This document shows, one piece after another, positions 1 through 12,442 of a stretch of DNA of 64,000 bases. Position numbers and translations under genes: made by a program. Source of the stretch: Octopus vulgaris (lineage: Eukaryota). The notes beneath the pieces were generated by a model. That model was not told the origin of the DNA. It did no database searches and saw only the letters and a list, made by a program, of their open reading frames with translations. How positions within the stretch are numbered: the first letter of the stretch is position 1; each line of letters opens with the position of its first letter. The stretch lies in the NCBI GenBank assembly GCA_951406725.2, contig OX597815.1:89094001-89158000 (forward strand), written 5' to 3'.

Positions 1-178
1 GAGATTACGTTCTTACTTCGTTCTCAACTAATTGTCTTCCATTCAAAACATACGATGATGTTCATGTAAATAGAAATACTTATCACTTCAATTTTCAATG
101 TTTAAAAATATTTTTTCTGGGTGACAACAACAAAATCCACTAAGATAGAAAGTGTCCTACTTATTATATATAACTTAC

Positions 179-292
179 TAAGGAAGTGAGCTTGCAGACT
201 TGTCAGTACGTCGAATAAAATGCTTATCGTTGTGTCGATAAAATAAGTGCCAGTTCAGCACTGCGCGTAATGGCATTAAAAACAGAGTGGTA
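179..292 (-). CDS. Candidate exon (phase 2-2) of cryptic minus-strand multi-exon gene
   Basis: Acceptor ttgtttcAG, donor GTAAGT, 114 nt, single open frame TTLFLMPLRAVLNWHLFYRHNDKHFIRRTDKSASSLP. Confidence 0.4.
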
Positions 293-372
293 CTGAAACA
301 ATTTTATCTGGTCATTAAAGACCTGCAAACTCTTTCTTTGTCTCCTTTTTGGGATTATATATTTATATATGT

Positions 373-373
373 A

Positions 374-445
<72 letters not shown>
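373..445. repeat. (CA)n microsatellite
   Basis: Direct inspection. Confidence 0.95.
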
Positions 446-448
<3 letters not shown>

Positions 449-857
449 GCATACATATATACATAACTTTATGCGTTGTTCATCTATAATTAAAGTGTGG
501 GTTTTTAAGTGTTTGTACGTTTATATCAATGCAGCGTAGTCAGACCCAGCAGGTGTGGCTACTGACTGTCCCTGTTCGAAGAATCTATTTATCTAGTTTC
601 AGTGGAATACATCCACTTGTTTTCAATAATAGAAATATTAAAATTACTAAGTCTCTCTAAAGGAGATTACGGCAGCGTTACTGGAAATTAATAGTTATCG
701 CCATACTTATATGGCAGTCTTATAAATATAAGACTAAAGCTGTCGCTGATTAGCTCTAAGAGGCCATCGCCTCAAGCTAGCTATTTGACGCACAACCTGC
801 GTCCATTATAAACCTTCGAACAGGGGAGGTCAGTCGCTTCATCCTGCCAGTCAGACA

Positions 858-900
858 GCTGCAGACATGTTTCAGGGTATTTGCCGTTTATCAATGCAGC
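858..900 (-). ncRNA. Minimal type-I hammerhead ribozyme motif, U3-A8 core variant
   Basis: gctgca-TTGATAA-acgg caaata ccct-GAAA-C at G-TC-tgcagc; 6-bp stem I, one stem II mismatch, palindromic ACATGT stem III. Confidence 0.65.
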
Positions 901-1148
901 GTATACATGAACATATATAAACAGAAGATACAAATATTACGGGCATCCCCCCACATATACACACTAAATAAACATAAGTATGGCGATAACTATTAATTTC
1001 CAGTAATGCTGCCGTAATCTCCTTTAGAGAGACTTAGTAATTTTAATATTTCTATTATTGAAAACAAGTGGATGTATTCCACTGAAACTAGGTAAATAGA
1101 TTCTTCGAACAGGGACAGTCAGTAGCGACACCTGCTGGGACTGAATAC

Positions 1149-1191
1149 GTTGCATTGATAAAGGGCAAATACCCTGAAACATGTCTGCAGC
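1149..1191 (+). ncRNA. Minimal type-I hammerhead ribozyme motif, U3-A8 core variant
   Basis: gttgca-TTGATAA-aggg caaata ccct-GAAA-C at G-TC-tgcagc; predicted cleavage after C1185. Confidence 0.72.
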
Positions 1192-1415
1192 TGTCTGACT
1201 GGCAGGATGAAGCGACTGACCTCCCCTGTTCGAAGGTTTATAATGGACACAAGATGTGTGTCAAATAGCTAGCTTGAGGGGATGGCCTCTTAGAGCTAAT
1301 CAGCGACAGCTTTACTCTTATATTTATAAGACTGCCATATAAGTATGGCGATAACTATTAATTTCCAGTAACGCTGCCGTAATCCCCTTTAGAGAGACTT
1401 AGTAATTTTAATATT

Positions 1416-1448
<33 letters not shown>

Positions 1449-1843
1449 GTTATTTATTTCTATTAGTTTATTTATCTGTGTATTTATTATGTTTTCAGGA
1501 TCCTCTATCGTCATATGTGTGTTTTTTTCGATTCGATTTATTATTATTATTACTAGTATTGTTGTTATACATACATACAAGCATATGTAATGATAATAAT
1601 AAGTGGATGTAAACACATGAACAAAATAAGAATAAACAAAAACAACAAAAACAAAATACAAATTACATGAACATATATAAACAGAAGATTACAGGCATTA
1701 CAGGCATCCCCCCACATACATACACTAAATAAACATAGACGCACATAGAGATATAAGCATGCGCAAATGAAGACACAATAGAAATACAAAATGACTGACG
1801 GTTAGTAAGGAGAGACACAAATAAGAAAGAAGAAAACAAAGGA

Positions 1844-1883
1844 CCACTGATGCGGTCACAGGAGTGTGACGAAAGAACTCTGG
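1844..1883 (+). ncRNA. Degenerate hammerhead-like motif in a PLE-like fragment (~1450-2000)
   Basis: cca-CTGATGC-g-gtcaca ggag tgtgac-GAAA-G aa C-TC-tgg; perfect 6-bp stem II, A9 replaced by C. Confidence 0.55.
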
Positions 1884-1999
1884 CCGAAATAAGATTAAGA
1901 TTAATGTAAAAAATAAATAGCACTGAAGCAAAATAACACCAAATATATAGTGCGTGTGTTTTTATTGGCTAAACTGGCAATATGACCATTCCGAAATAT

Positions 2000-2030
<31 letters not shown>

Positions 2031-2034
<4 letters not shown>

Positions 2035-2307
2035 CGTGATCACCGTGACTGACCAGGCTATCAGATGTTGCTACACATCGCTGGCCACAATGCACTTCGC
2101 ATTGTTTTAGCCTTCAAATGACGCCACCCGGCGGGCTAAGCGAGCAGGCCAACAGAAGAAAGAGTAAGAGAAAGTTGCAGCGAAAGAGTACAGCAGGGAT
2201 CGCCACCACCCCTTTGCCGGAGCGTCGTGGAGCTATAGGTGTTTTCGCTCAATAAACACTCACAACGCCCGGTCAGGGAATCGAAACCGCGATCCTACAA
2301 CAGCGAG
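2031..2307 (-). mobile_element. tRNA-derived SINE (5' truncated)
   Basis: B-box-like ggtttcgattccc on minus strand; body shared with 47125-47419; tail shared with 32170-32272. Confidence 0.75.
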
Positions 2308-2342
2308 CTAAAATATAAATACTTACTGAAGAAACGACTTAC

Positions 2343-2424
2343 ATTTTTGAAATCACATTTATTTTAAAATATTTCCAAATGCTTAAAATGTTGTGTTTAA
2401 CAAAAGCGAAGATAGAAACATTTA
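2343..2424 (-). CDS. Candidate exon (phase 1-2), PKD-domain C-terminal-like
   Basis: tttgtgttttaaAG...GTAAGT; NVSIFAFVKHNILSIWKYFKINVISK resembles the PKD pattern YxVxVxAxNxLS...VxV. Confidence 0.4.
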
Positions 2425-3073
2425 CTTTAAAACACAAACCATATTTTTTCGTTGTCTAACCGAAAGGTAAGAGCGTCTTACCTTTCAGGGTGAAGTTATT
2501 TTCGGAAAATTTTCCCGTTATGCACCGATTTGGGGCATTTATATCCCGAACACCCCTAATATCTCCACAACCACTTGTTCGATTTACGCGAAATTTGTTT
2601 TATATATAAATTCACACATAGGCCATGCTGCGCTAATAAAAATTCGGCCTACAAACTTAGCTCTCGTAGTTTTCGTATGCTGTCAATTCCAAAATGGTAC
2701 TATTCTCAGAAACTGATTTTTAATGAGTTGATAAGAAACACTGTGGCTCTTTAAGCATAACCAAGATATCTTTATTCACAGTATTTTTCACAGTGAAAAA
2801 AAATATTTGTCTGCTAAGAAGTTGCATTTCTAAGTTTTCACTACATTTCTAATTATTCTGTAGTTACACTAGTGCAGCTAGAAGTTAACACACTTAGGGA
2901 AAACTTTAACCATCAAAGTAAATTTGGAAAATTTGGTTCAGTCAGATTATATACTAGGAACTGCTTTAATCTAATATTATATCTCTGCTTAGGGAGCGAG
3001 TAAGCGATCACTATTGAGACTAAAATGCATGCTTTCTGAAAAAAAAAATGAAAAATACTCGGTAAGTTTTGGG

Positions 3074-3074
<1 letters not shown>

Positions 3075-3137
<63 letters not shown>
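3075..3137. repeat. (TATC)n microsatellite
   Basis: Direct inspection. Confidence 0.95.
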
Positions 3138-3269
3138 AGTGTGTTTGTCTGTCTGTCTCTCTTTGTCAACCTGCCTGTCGGTTTATCTGTCAAACACTAT
3201 ACAAATGTACTTTTCCTTTGATTTTTTTTCTTTGTGTTGACTCATATATATTTATGTGTGTCTTTATGT

Positions 3270-3640
3270 CAACATATAGATATTTTTGCTTGTTGCAGTC
3301 ATTAGACTAAACCTAACTTGAATAGTTTAGTCGAATAAACTTTGCTACTTTTTTTAAATGTGGTACTCATACTGCCAATCTGTTGCAGAATAAATAAATG
3401 GCAGAAACGTAGCCCCCCTTCCCCTAAAAAAAACACGGGCTGTCTGGCGAGGTGAGGTGGGGAGAACAAATATACAAACATAGATACGATGGGCTTCGAC
3501 GCAGTTTATGTCTACCAAATTCACTCCCAACGTATCGATTCACCCTGATAGGTACGTAGAAGGTACTTGTCCAAGATACCGTGCAGTGTGACTGAACCCC
3601 AAACCAAATAGATGCAAAGCGAATTTTAATCCCGCAGCCA
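3270..3640 (-). mobile_element. Diverged tRNA-SINE (family of 38400-38765)
   Basis: gtctaccaaattcactc and cagtgtgactgaaccc match the reverse complement of the 38400 and 53485 copies. Confidence 0.65.
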
Positions 3641-5304
3641 TATATGTAACTTTTCCAAACATGGAAAGAGACTTACATCAGATTGTGTCATCTCCCATAG
3701 CCACATGTTGACGCATAAACATCGAGTAGAATTGCATATAGAAGCCCGTAGAGCTGACTATGGGAATAATTCATAGTACAGACTTGTCATACAATGTAAC
3801 GGCGATTCTGTCTTAGAAGAACATTAAAGGTACTCGTGTGTATGACGTGCTCAGCCACTTTTACTTGATCGAACACATAAAATCGCCACGTCGAAATCGA
3901 CGGAGATCCATACACCCCCACCCGCTACACACAAATACACACGCAAATAATAGAGCGATGAAGATGTTTAGCTCAATGTAAAGAAAGTAAGAATTTGAGA
4001 AAGAAAATAAGAAAATGTACGTCACTGAATCATCTGTCAAAGAAAGAGAATGTAAAGTGTGATTTGAGCCACTGCGATTTAAGTCAACCAAGAGAAGCCA
4101 AATTTAAATAATGTTATCTTTTCTTTTAGAAATTTCTTTTAAATGTCTCAGCCTAGTAAATAATACACCCGGCGCATCAATCAACTCTTTGATAAAACCA
4201 TGAAATATCCATGTAGATCTAAAAATATAATGAACGAAAATTTTAAAGCAGAGAACAAAAAGTAAAACAAAATAACAGCAACAAAGAAACAATTACAGGC
4301 AAAGAAAAATCGAAAACAACGAAAAATAAAATAATAGCAGCAACAATAAATAATAAAAAAAAACATATTCAAAATCGTCAAAGAGAAATCCGGAATTACA
4401 TTAATTATACTGCTTACATGAAACTTAACTAGAAATCAAGAAAGGTTTCATTGAAATTGTTTCTTTGAAAATCAATGATGATACATTGAAAGGATAGTGA
4501 AGCCTACGCATTTAATGTTTGTATCGGTTTCGCCTCAGTAAATAAACTTGAATACATCACTTAACGCTAGTAATTTGATTTTCTGGAATTTTCAGAACTG
4601 TTATTATGCAACATGCAATAATGACAATTTATACAATTTATGTCAGATCTCTCTCTCACTCCCTTCCTTCCTCTAAATCTCTCTCTCTTTTTATCAATGC
4701 ACTTATATTAGCCTCCGTGTAACGCATTTATGAATGTATATAAGATTTTTACTGGATATTGATTCCTGGTGTGGGTTCCACTATCATTGAAGTTGATGGA
4801 ACGAGATTTTATTACATTGTTGCATAGCCCTAAGGCATTATTAGTCTTATCTATTTTACCTTACCTACAATATATTAGCAATATAACCTAAATAATTACC
4901 AACTAGATACCTGAGCAACAAAATCTCTTATTTTTGTAAACATTACTTAATTAATATTAATTAAACTATAACGAATAATGCACAAGTTAGTGCAGTGATG
5001 TCAAATTTTCGAAGCTTTTATCTATCTATCCGTCTGTCTGTCTGTCTGTCTATTAATCTATCTTTGCACACACAGACACACGCACAAATACATATACATA
5101 CGCGCGTAAGTGTGTGTGTGCGAGTGTGTGTGGAGCTGTGTGGAGCAGTTTCTTTTAAAAAATTTCAATCTTTCATTCTTTCAAATGTAATGTTTTGCAT
5201 TGTTTGTTTACGTTCTTTTGCTTTCTGTTAGATCTCATGCTTCAGTTTAATTTAATATGACACGGTAATGCAGGCTTATATCATTCGAAATGGGTGTGGC
5301 TGAC

Positions 5305-5372
5305 CGAATTCTTGGAATGATTCTATGCCAGCTACAGAAATATCTTTTCCAGGTAACGACCCGAAAATATCT
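5305..5372 (-). CDS. Candidate exon (phase 2-1)
   Basis: ttgtttacAG...GTCAGC; DIFGSLPGKDISVAGIESFQEF. Confidence 0.35.
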
Positions 5373-5639
5373 CTGTAAACAATCTATCAGGTTATTCAAG
5401 CATCGTCAGATATATTTGTGTTTTATTGAAATATTAAAACTCCTTCAAACGTAACTTCGTTTGTCAGATGATGGTTTTTGAAGATTTTCGTATTTCAGGA
5501 AAATATTGCCATTATCTTTCAAGAGCTTATGTTTACACCGATGGGATCTGTGCTCAGAATGCACAGAGATTTCAGAAAATGGTAGAAAGAATGTACACTG
5601 GCACTATGTAGTTTATTTATCCCCATCAACTTATCAGGA

Positions 5640-5761
5640 TAATGGACATGATAATGATAATGGCAATGATGATGGTGATAATGATGGTGATGATGATGAT
5701 GACGACGACGACGACGAGGGCGACGACGACGATGATGATGATGATGATGATGACAGTGATG
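5640..5761. repeat. (GAT/GAC)n trinucleotide repeat
   Basis: Direct inspection. Confidence 0.9.
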
Positions 5762-5878
5762 AGCAGGATGTATATTCATTTTGACAGCTATTGACTGATT
5801 TCCGTCCAACCATTTTCTCTTGAAGAATTTACCTTAAAATACGCCAGCTATTTTAAGAATTTTAGAAAATTTGGTTAC

Positions 5879-5977
5879 GTATTGCATATATATTTTTTTG
5901 TCGTTGCTGTTCTTAGCGTAAGATCCCATCTTTTACATTCATTAGTAGTACTCTTCAATTTTATTTTATTCAAGAAT
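5879..5977 (-). CDS. Candidate exon (phase 2-2)
   Basis: ttctatttttccAG...GTAACC; 99 nt; FLNKIKLKSTTNECKRWDLTLRTATTKKYICN. Confidence 0.4.
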
Positions 5978-6620
5978 CTGGAAAAATAGAATTGCATAGA
6001 TAAATCACATGGAGAAGTTTCAACATGGAATTTACTCATGCTTGGCGTAAAATACAATAGTATTACGACGATTACTGTACGTAGTCTATTAACTACATTT
6101 AGTTTTTAAGAAGCATACCACTGAAGAATTTGTTTTTATGTAGTGCATCTGGGTAAATCAACATGAGTAGAACATCACATTTCAACTTGAACCCCAAAGA
6201 AAAAATACGACTGAGCAGTGACAATACGAAATTTAACTTTTTAAATTTCGATTTGTTTGTTACTTATTGCAGTGTGTTGTAAGGTAACTAAATTGATTAC
6301 CTTGTGAAATATCTGGGATCTACGAGACTCTGTACTATGTCGGTGTCAGGGTATGAACCGACGCTCATGCATTAAGCTGAGTTGCATCTTTTAAAAAGTA
6401 TATTTATAGCTTAGGTATAGGAAGAAGGAGCGTAACACTCTTCAGGATCTCCAAGATCAGAATGGAGATAAAAGGAAATTAATCACCAATTGAATATTTA
6501 ATCGAATGTTTACAATAGAATGAATCCGCTAAGTGTACCAATGGACCTTGTGTGACTGTTAAACTAAACAATAAATTATATCAACCGCGAATTACAATGA
6601 TTAGTAAATATCATACCAAC

Positions 6621-6735
6621 CTTTTTTGATTCAGTAAAAATATTCTATATTTCAGTAGGAGAGCGGTATGAAACGTTGAAAAAGCATTTAATTTTCTCAG
6701 ATATATTAATGGCATATGTGAAGTATTTGGTTCAG
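6621..6735 (-). CDS. Candidate exon (phase 1-2)
   Basis: tatttcaattccaAG...AG|GTTGGT; EPNTSHMPLIYLRKLNAFSTFHTALLLKYRIFLLNQK. Confidence 0.4.
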
Positions 6736-7179
6736 CTTGGAATTGAAATAGCGTTACGTATAAACACTGAATGTAACATCGTCCATCACACACATCAGCG
6801 TTATACTAAGCTTATTAAACTTAGATTTTGAGGAATTAAAGATTACTATATCATCAATAAATTATAAATATTGATTTGAAAAGACAGAATTCTCATTCAA
6901 AGTATCTATAGATTAGAATCTTTAATAGCATGCCGTTCATATGTTTTATACACATTATCCTTTAATAAATACATAAAGTGTAATGTTTGGAGAACTATAA
7001 AGGGAAATGCAGATTCTTATTCAACGGAATAGAGATTGGATAAAGGATACAGCAGGAAATAAACCTAAAAGTAGTTTCTATTTCAAAACATTAAATGCAT
7101 ATATAAATTTTATAGAAAAAAAACCTAATAATCAGACAAGAAAATTTAGAAGGTAATGCATACCCTTAAATACATATAG

Positions 7180-7258
<79 letters not shown>

Positions 7259-7999
7259 TACATGGGTATGTGTCTGATTGTGTGTAATTTATGTGTATGC
7301 GCCTGTATATATATGTATATATATATATGTACATACATGTACATATACACGTGTGTGTAACTCTCTCTCCCCGCTCTCTCTCTCTCTATATATATATATA
7401 TTTATATATTTGTATGTAGATATGTATGAGTGCGTGTGTGTATAATAATATAAACATGCATTCATGTATTATACGCACACAGATATATCCATACCTACTC
7501 GGATAGGTATAGACACACGTGCACACACATACACGCACAAATATATGCGTACATAGATGCGTAAATACTTATGCATGTGAATGTGAGTGTGGTTTGTACA
7601 CACACACATACACGCGCAGATACACACACATGTACACACGGAAGTCAACGAAAGTTTTGTGTAGGATGAAGTACCAGCCACTGGTTTGTATTCAAATCGT
7701 TTCCGTTTAGATGAGTATTAGTTGTTTGATGATGAAGATATTTATCTATTTATTGAAAGTGCTCGTTCCTAGAAGAGTGAGATGTTCATTCTCACTCGCC
7801 AAACTGTTACTGAAGTCTATGTTTTATTTGTATTTGTTCACTGTGAATATTAAATATTTGATAATAAAACCGATCGTCAGGTATTGATTGGTATTGCATT
7901 TTTGTTTTTACTTATATATATTTTATCTTCATCACTATTATTACTTTTTATTTTAATCTGGGGTTGTTTATATTTTCTTTTCTTTGAGCTCTTCTAAAA

Positions 8000-8008
8000 T
8001 TATTATTA

Positions 8009-8070
<62 letters not shown>

Positions 8071-8160
8071 GTTATTATTATTATTATTACCATCAGCATC
8101 ATCATCATCATCATCAGCATCATCATCATTACCATCATCATCATCATTATTGTTGTTGTC
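8000..8160. repeat. (ATT)n/(ATC)n compound microsatellite
   Basis: Direct inspection. Confidence 0.95.
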
Positions 8161-8718
8161 GCTATGATAAAATTACTGCTGTTGTTGCTGCGTTGTTGGT
8201 GTTTATATTTTTATATATTATTTTGTACTACGATCAAAAGATTGTTTTTCTTCACGCTCACTCTCTAACCAATAAAGTAAACATAAAAATACATACAGGA
8301 CTAAAATAAAGAAATAAAACATAAGAAAATATGAACAAATATAAAACATGGACAGCAGAGTGAAGGAAGAAAATAATGTGTATATGGCCACAGAATCTTT
8401 CCAGCTGATTTCGTCACCTGCAATGAAATATTTTAGTGAAAGGTGAATCACACGGAACATAAATTATGAAATAGAAATAAGAAAAATTAAAAAAAAATGT
8501 ATATATTGCAACAATTAGCGCAAAAGAATAATCGGTTTCGACTGAAAGTGAAATTCGCCCTCTTTTTGGACAAATTTCTGCTGAGGGCAACAAAATTTAC
8601 TGAAGTTTAATATAGTTTACAATTTAAGATTTAATAGAACATACAGTTGTACACAGACGCGCCTTCATTCCTCCTCACAGAAATGCAAATATGTTTCTTC
8701 AAACGCACAACTTCTCTC

Positions 8719-8759
<41 letters not shown>

Positions 8760-8764
<5 letters not shown>

Positions 8765-11700
8765 CATATTTAGGTGAGAGAGTTGGTATGTGAAAGCACG
8801 TGGTTGCAGGTATAAAAGACAAAATAGAGTGAAAATACTACAGAAGACTTGTGTTATATGGTTAAACAATATATTTAAATCGTTATGTTAGAAAAAATAT
8901 TATAAAATTTTTCCGTATAGTAGCATTGGTTTTTGAGAAATAACCGGTTTCGTATTTTCTTTCCAAATTTCTCAAATTTCTTAACCCATATTGTGTTATG
9001 TGTTTGCAATGTTGTGAAATATGGAGTTCCAGACAGGGGAAGGTAATCAGGGATTTTTCCGGTATAAAGGAAATAATAAAAAATGTTGAGAATTACTAGG
9101 TTTTATTAATTTAACATGATTTGGTTTAGAAGGAATATAATTTTACGAGTGGTTAGGTTTTGCTTTATATTTTTTTTCAATGAGTTGAGTTTTCTTATTC
9201 AAAAATATTAGAAATGGTTAGGTTTTGGCTTATATTTTTCAATGAAGAAGGTTTCCTTATTTAATCTATCTAACTTGTGTTGGTGTTCCAATGGCACAAT
9301 GATAGAATGGAAAGATTACAAATTGTGGTAGCAGTTGCTTTGCGCATTTCTCAATATGTTCACTAAAGGGTAACATTCTGTATTCTGGAAATGCAATCTG
9401 CTGTCGGTATAGCGTGCACCTGCGTCTGAGCGATATTCCCATGGGCCCTATGTAGTTTTGGATGGCAGCCCGAGCATCTTATAACATAAATCAGGTTTTC
9501 TGAAGCACAAGTAAAGTCAAATTTAATTTTGAATTTTTGCCACTCTTTGAAAAGGAATTCTGCTCCTTCTAGAAGGTTTCGGTATGTTGCGCAATTTAGT
9601 CGACCACATTTTTTCACTTTTGCGTCCGTTATTTTAGAAAATATTTTTGCGTTTGTGAGGATCTTTTTAGTGATTTTGATTGTTTGTGGCTTTTAATGAT
9701 CTTATGTATGTTTCCTTTAATTTTGAGTCCTTGTGCAGCATTGGTAAATTTGGGGTAATGATGGTGAAGGCCTCTTTGTTTCTGGGGTTTATGTGGATAT
9801 GTACAGCAGTATTTTCGGGGAAGGTGTGTTGCTATGTTGAACTTTTTTTAAGGTTTCTATGTCGATTTGTGTTGCACGTCTAATTCCATTCTCTATGAGT
9901 TGAACTGGGTAGTGTTTGTCAATTAGGGTATTTTTGAGTTCTTGCAGTCTAAAACCTCTTGTATTTTTCTGACACTATTGTGCATATCCTTCTTGCAAGG
10001 TTGAAGGGGATGTTTGTTTTGGTGAGTCTTGGGTGGCATGAATTAAATAGTAGATATTGTTTGGCGTCAGTGGATTTGTAAAATATGTCCGTTTCTATTT
10101 TTAAGCTTATTTCTTAAATTAGTATATCCACGAATGGGAGCTCCGTTTCGTTGTGCTCTATTGTGAACTGTATGAGTGGATTGACGCTGTTCAATAGTCT
10201 TTGAATTTCAGGAGTTTGTCTGTGTTTTCATTCCAGAGTATGAAACAGTCGTCTACGAATCTTTTCCAGTTTTCGTTTATGTCTTGAGAAATGGGGTTTC
10301 CAAAGGTAAATAAAGATTCCTGGTATATTATTATATCCAGATTACCTGTTGTTAGGTTTGCAATGACTGTGGCTGCCCAAGTGCCCATAGCAATTCGAAA
10401 TTTTTGTAGATAAATCGTATTGTCAAACATGAAGTGGTTGTTTCGTAGAATTAATTCAACCGATTAAATTATGAATTCTTTGCTGATCCTTTCTGATATT
10501 TCTTCTGGAAATTGCTCCAGCGAGAACTGGATTGCCTCTAGCCCATAATCATGAGGTATGCTGGTATATAAATTAATTACATCAAATGAAACCATGATTG
10601 TTTCTTCCTTGACGTTTGGGGAGGGGGGGTGATTTAACATATCTCTGATATGGCTATTGATGTGTTTAAGGATGGGTTCCAGGAGGATATCCATAAATAT
10701 ACTTAGTCTTTTTGTTTCACAGGCTGGACCAGCTATAATGGGTCGTAGTTTTAGGTCCCCTGTGTTTGGTATATGTATGTACATCTTTGGTGAGTTTTAA
10801 TGGTTTCATTTATAATCTGGCTTTTTATGGATTTTTGGTAGTCCAAAGAAAAAGTTAGGTTTGTATTTAAAGTTTTTTTAGAAAGTCAATTTGTTTGGTT
10901 GTCAGTTCTTTTCCATGGGTTTTAATTAATAAGGACAAAGTTTGTATTATTTTTTGCGGGGTGTGGCTTGTGATTTTTCGTAATGATGACTGTCATTAAG
11001 CATGGAGACTACTAGATTTCTATAGTATAATGTGTCCATTATTACCACTACACTTCCTTTATCTGCTTCCTTAATCGTTATATCTTCATTATTTTGAAGT
11101 TCTGTTACTTCCTTCATTGTGTAGTGCTAAAGTTTGAGTTAACTGTCTATTTATGCATGGTGTGGTAGGGAAATTTCTCAATGTGGTTGTAGAATTTATC
11201 AAGCTTTATATGTCTTCCTTTGAGGGAGATGCGTTCACTTTTGCTTTTGACTAGTGAGTCATTTTCCTTATTGTAATTGGTTAATGCTTCTGTGAGTCTT
11301 ACTTTTCTACAGAATTCTATTATACTGTCCTTCGCTTCATTTTGGTTGACTTAGCGTGGAGTTGGAGTGAATTTTAATACTTTTGAGAGGATGTCTATTT
11401 TTGTGCTTGAAAGTGATTTAGTTTATCTTCGGTTTTCCTTATTACCAGGTGTCCCTGATCAGGGGCTAAAATATGTTGGTTGCAATTTTCTTTGCATGAG
11501 CTGTCTGTGAGGTTGTACGGGATTGGTCCGGGGGAATGGTGGTATTGTTGCCTCAGATATTTATGTGTGTGGGGGTGACTATGTGTGTTTTGGTTAGTGA
11601 TGTGTGTAACATTTTTGTATGAGGTATATTTTTGTTTGGAGGTTCTTGTATGCGGGATGTTTCTTGATCTAGTGTTATTTTGTGCTGTTCTTGTGTTCGG

Positions 11701-12045
11701 TAGGAACCAGTAATTTTGGGTCATGGGGTAGTAGTGCCTGGTACGTGGTGTATTTCTTATCCTAGTGTTGATTTGTGTTGTTATGGGGTGGTTACGCTTG
11801 GTATTGGGACGTTGTTTGTGTGTTCTGTTCCTTGTGTATGGATGATCTTTAGATTTAGTGTGATCTATTTCATAAATGGGTTGGCTATCAGCTTGTTCCC
11901 TGTTTAGTTTTGGGTTATTCAAAAATGGTGGTTGTAGTTGATTTCTATTTATGGTGTATGGAGGATAATGAAAAATTTGAAAAGAAAATACGAAACCGGT
12001 TATTTCTCCAAAAACAATGTTACTATACGCAAAATTTTATAACAT
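8760..12045 (-). mobile_element. Penelope-like retroelement (RT + GIY-YIG), frameshifted, with inverted partial pLTR at the 5' end
   Basis: RT motifs LRPII, SFDVINLYTSIP, IAMGT, WKRFVDD (10191-10784); GIY-YIG NLIYVIRCSGC (~9400-9510); 11970-12045 is the reverse complement of ~8895-8975. Confidence 0.9.
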
Positions 12046-12186
12046 ATATATATATACATATATACATATATATACATACACGTATACATAGACGCATACA
12101 CACATGTATATATATATATATATATATTTATATAGACACACTCACACATGTGTGTATATGTATATATTTATATTTACACATTCACA

Positions 12187-12368
12187 TGAGGGGGTGCAGG
12201 AAGGTTCCTGGCTTTGGGTAAAAGAAAATACAGGAAGGTCATTTAATTATGATTTTATTCAGGGAATTCCCCTCTCAGATACACGAATTATTGCAGCAGT
12301 CCTTCAGTTTTTCTACGCCCTATATCTTTCGCGATATCTTTATAGGTAGGACATTTTCAGCGCCCTCG
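12187..12368. mobile_element. Mariner-derived MITE
   Basis: Imperfect TIRs tgagggggtgcaggaaggttcct / aggacattttcagcgccctcg. Confidence 0.65.
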
Positions 12369-12396
12369 TGTGTGTGTGTATACATATACATTTATG

Positions 12397-12442
<46 letters not shown>

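Larger units (their letters stand above)
525..1423. mobile_element. 365-bp retrozyme/Penelope pLTR-like unit: ~1.0 copy (525-903) plus inverted, circularly permuted ~1.2 copies (974-1423)
   Basis: atcaatgcagcgta recurs at 525 and 890; taagtatggcgataac recurs at 975 and 1340 (period 365 in both blocks); the blocks are reverse complements; each has a hammerhead motif. Confidence 0.8.

Noticed and set aside
5506-5809. Poly-Asp and poly-His ORFs
   Set aside because: Produced by a (GAT/GAC)n microsatellite
7132-8268. YIYI, CVCV and poly-Ile ORFs (also throughout the window)
   Set aside because: Translations of di- and trinucleotide repeats
8397-8460. Minus-strand hammerhead-like remnant (tcacct...aggtga-c-GAAA)
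   Set aside because: Core and cleavage triplet too degenerate
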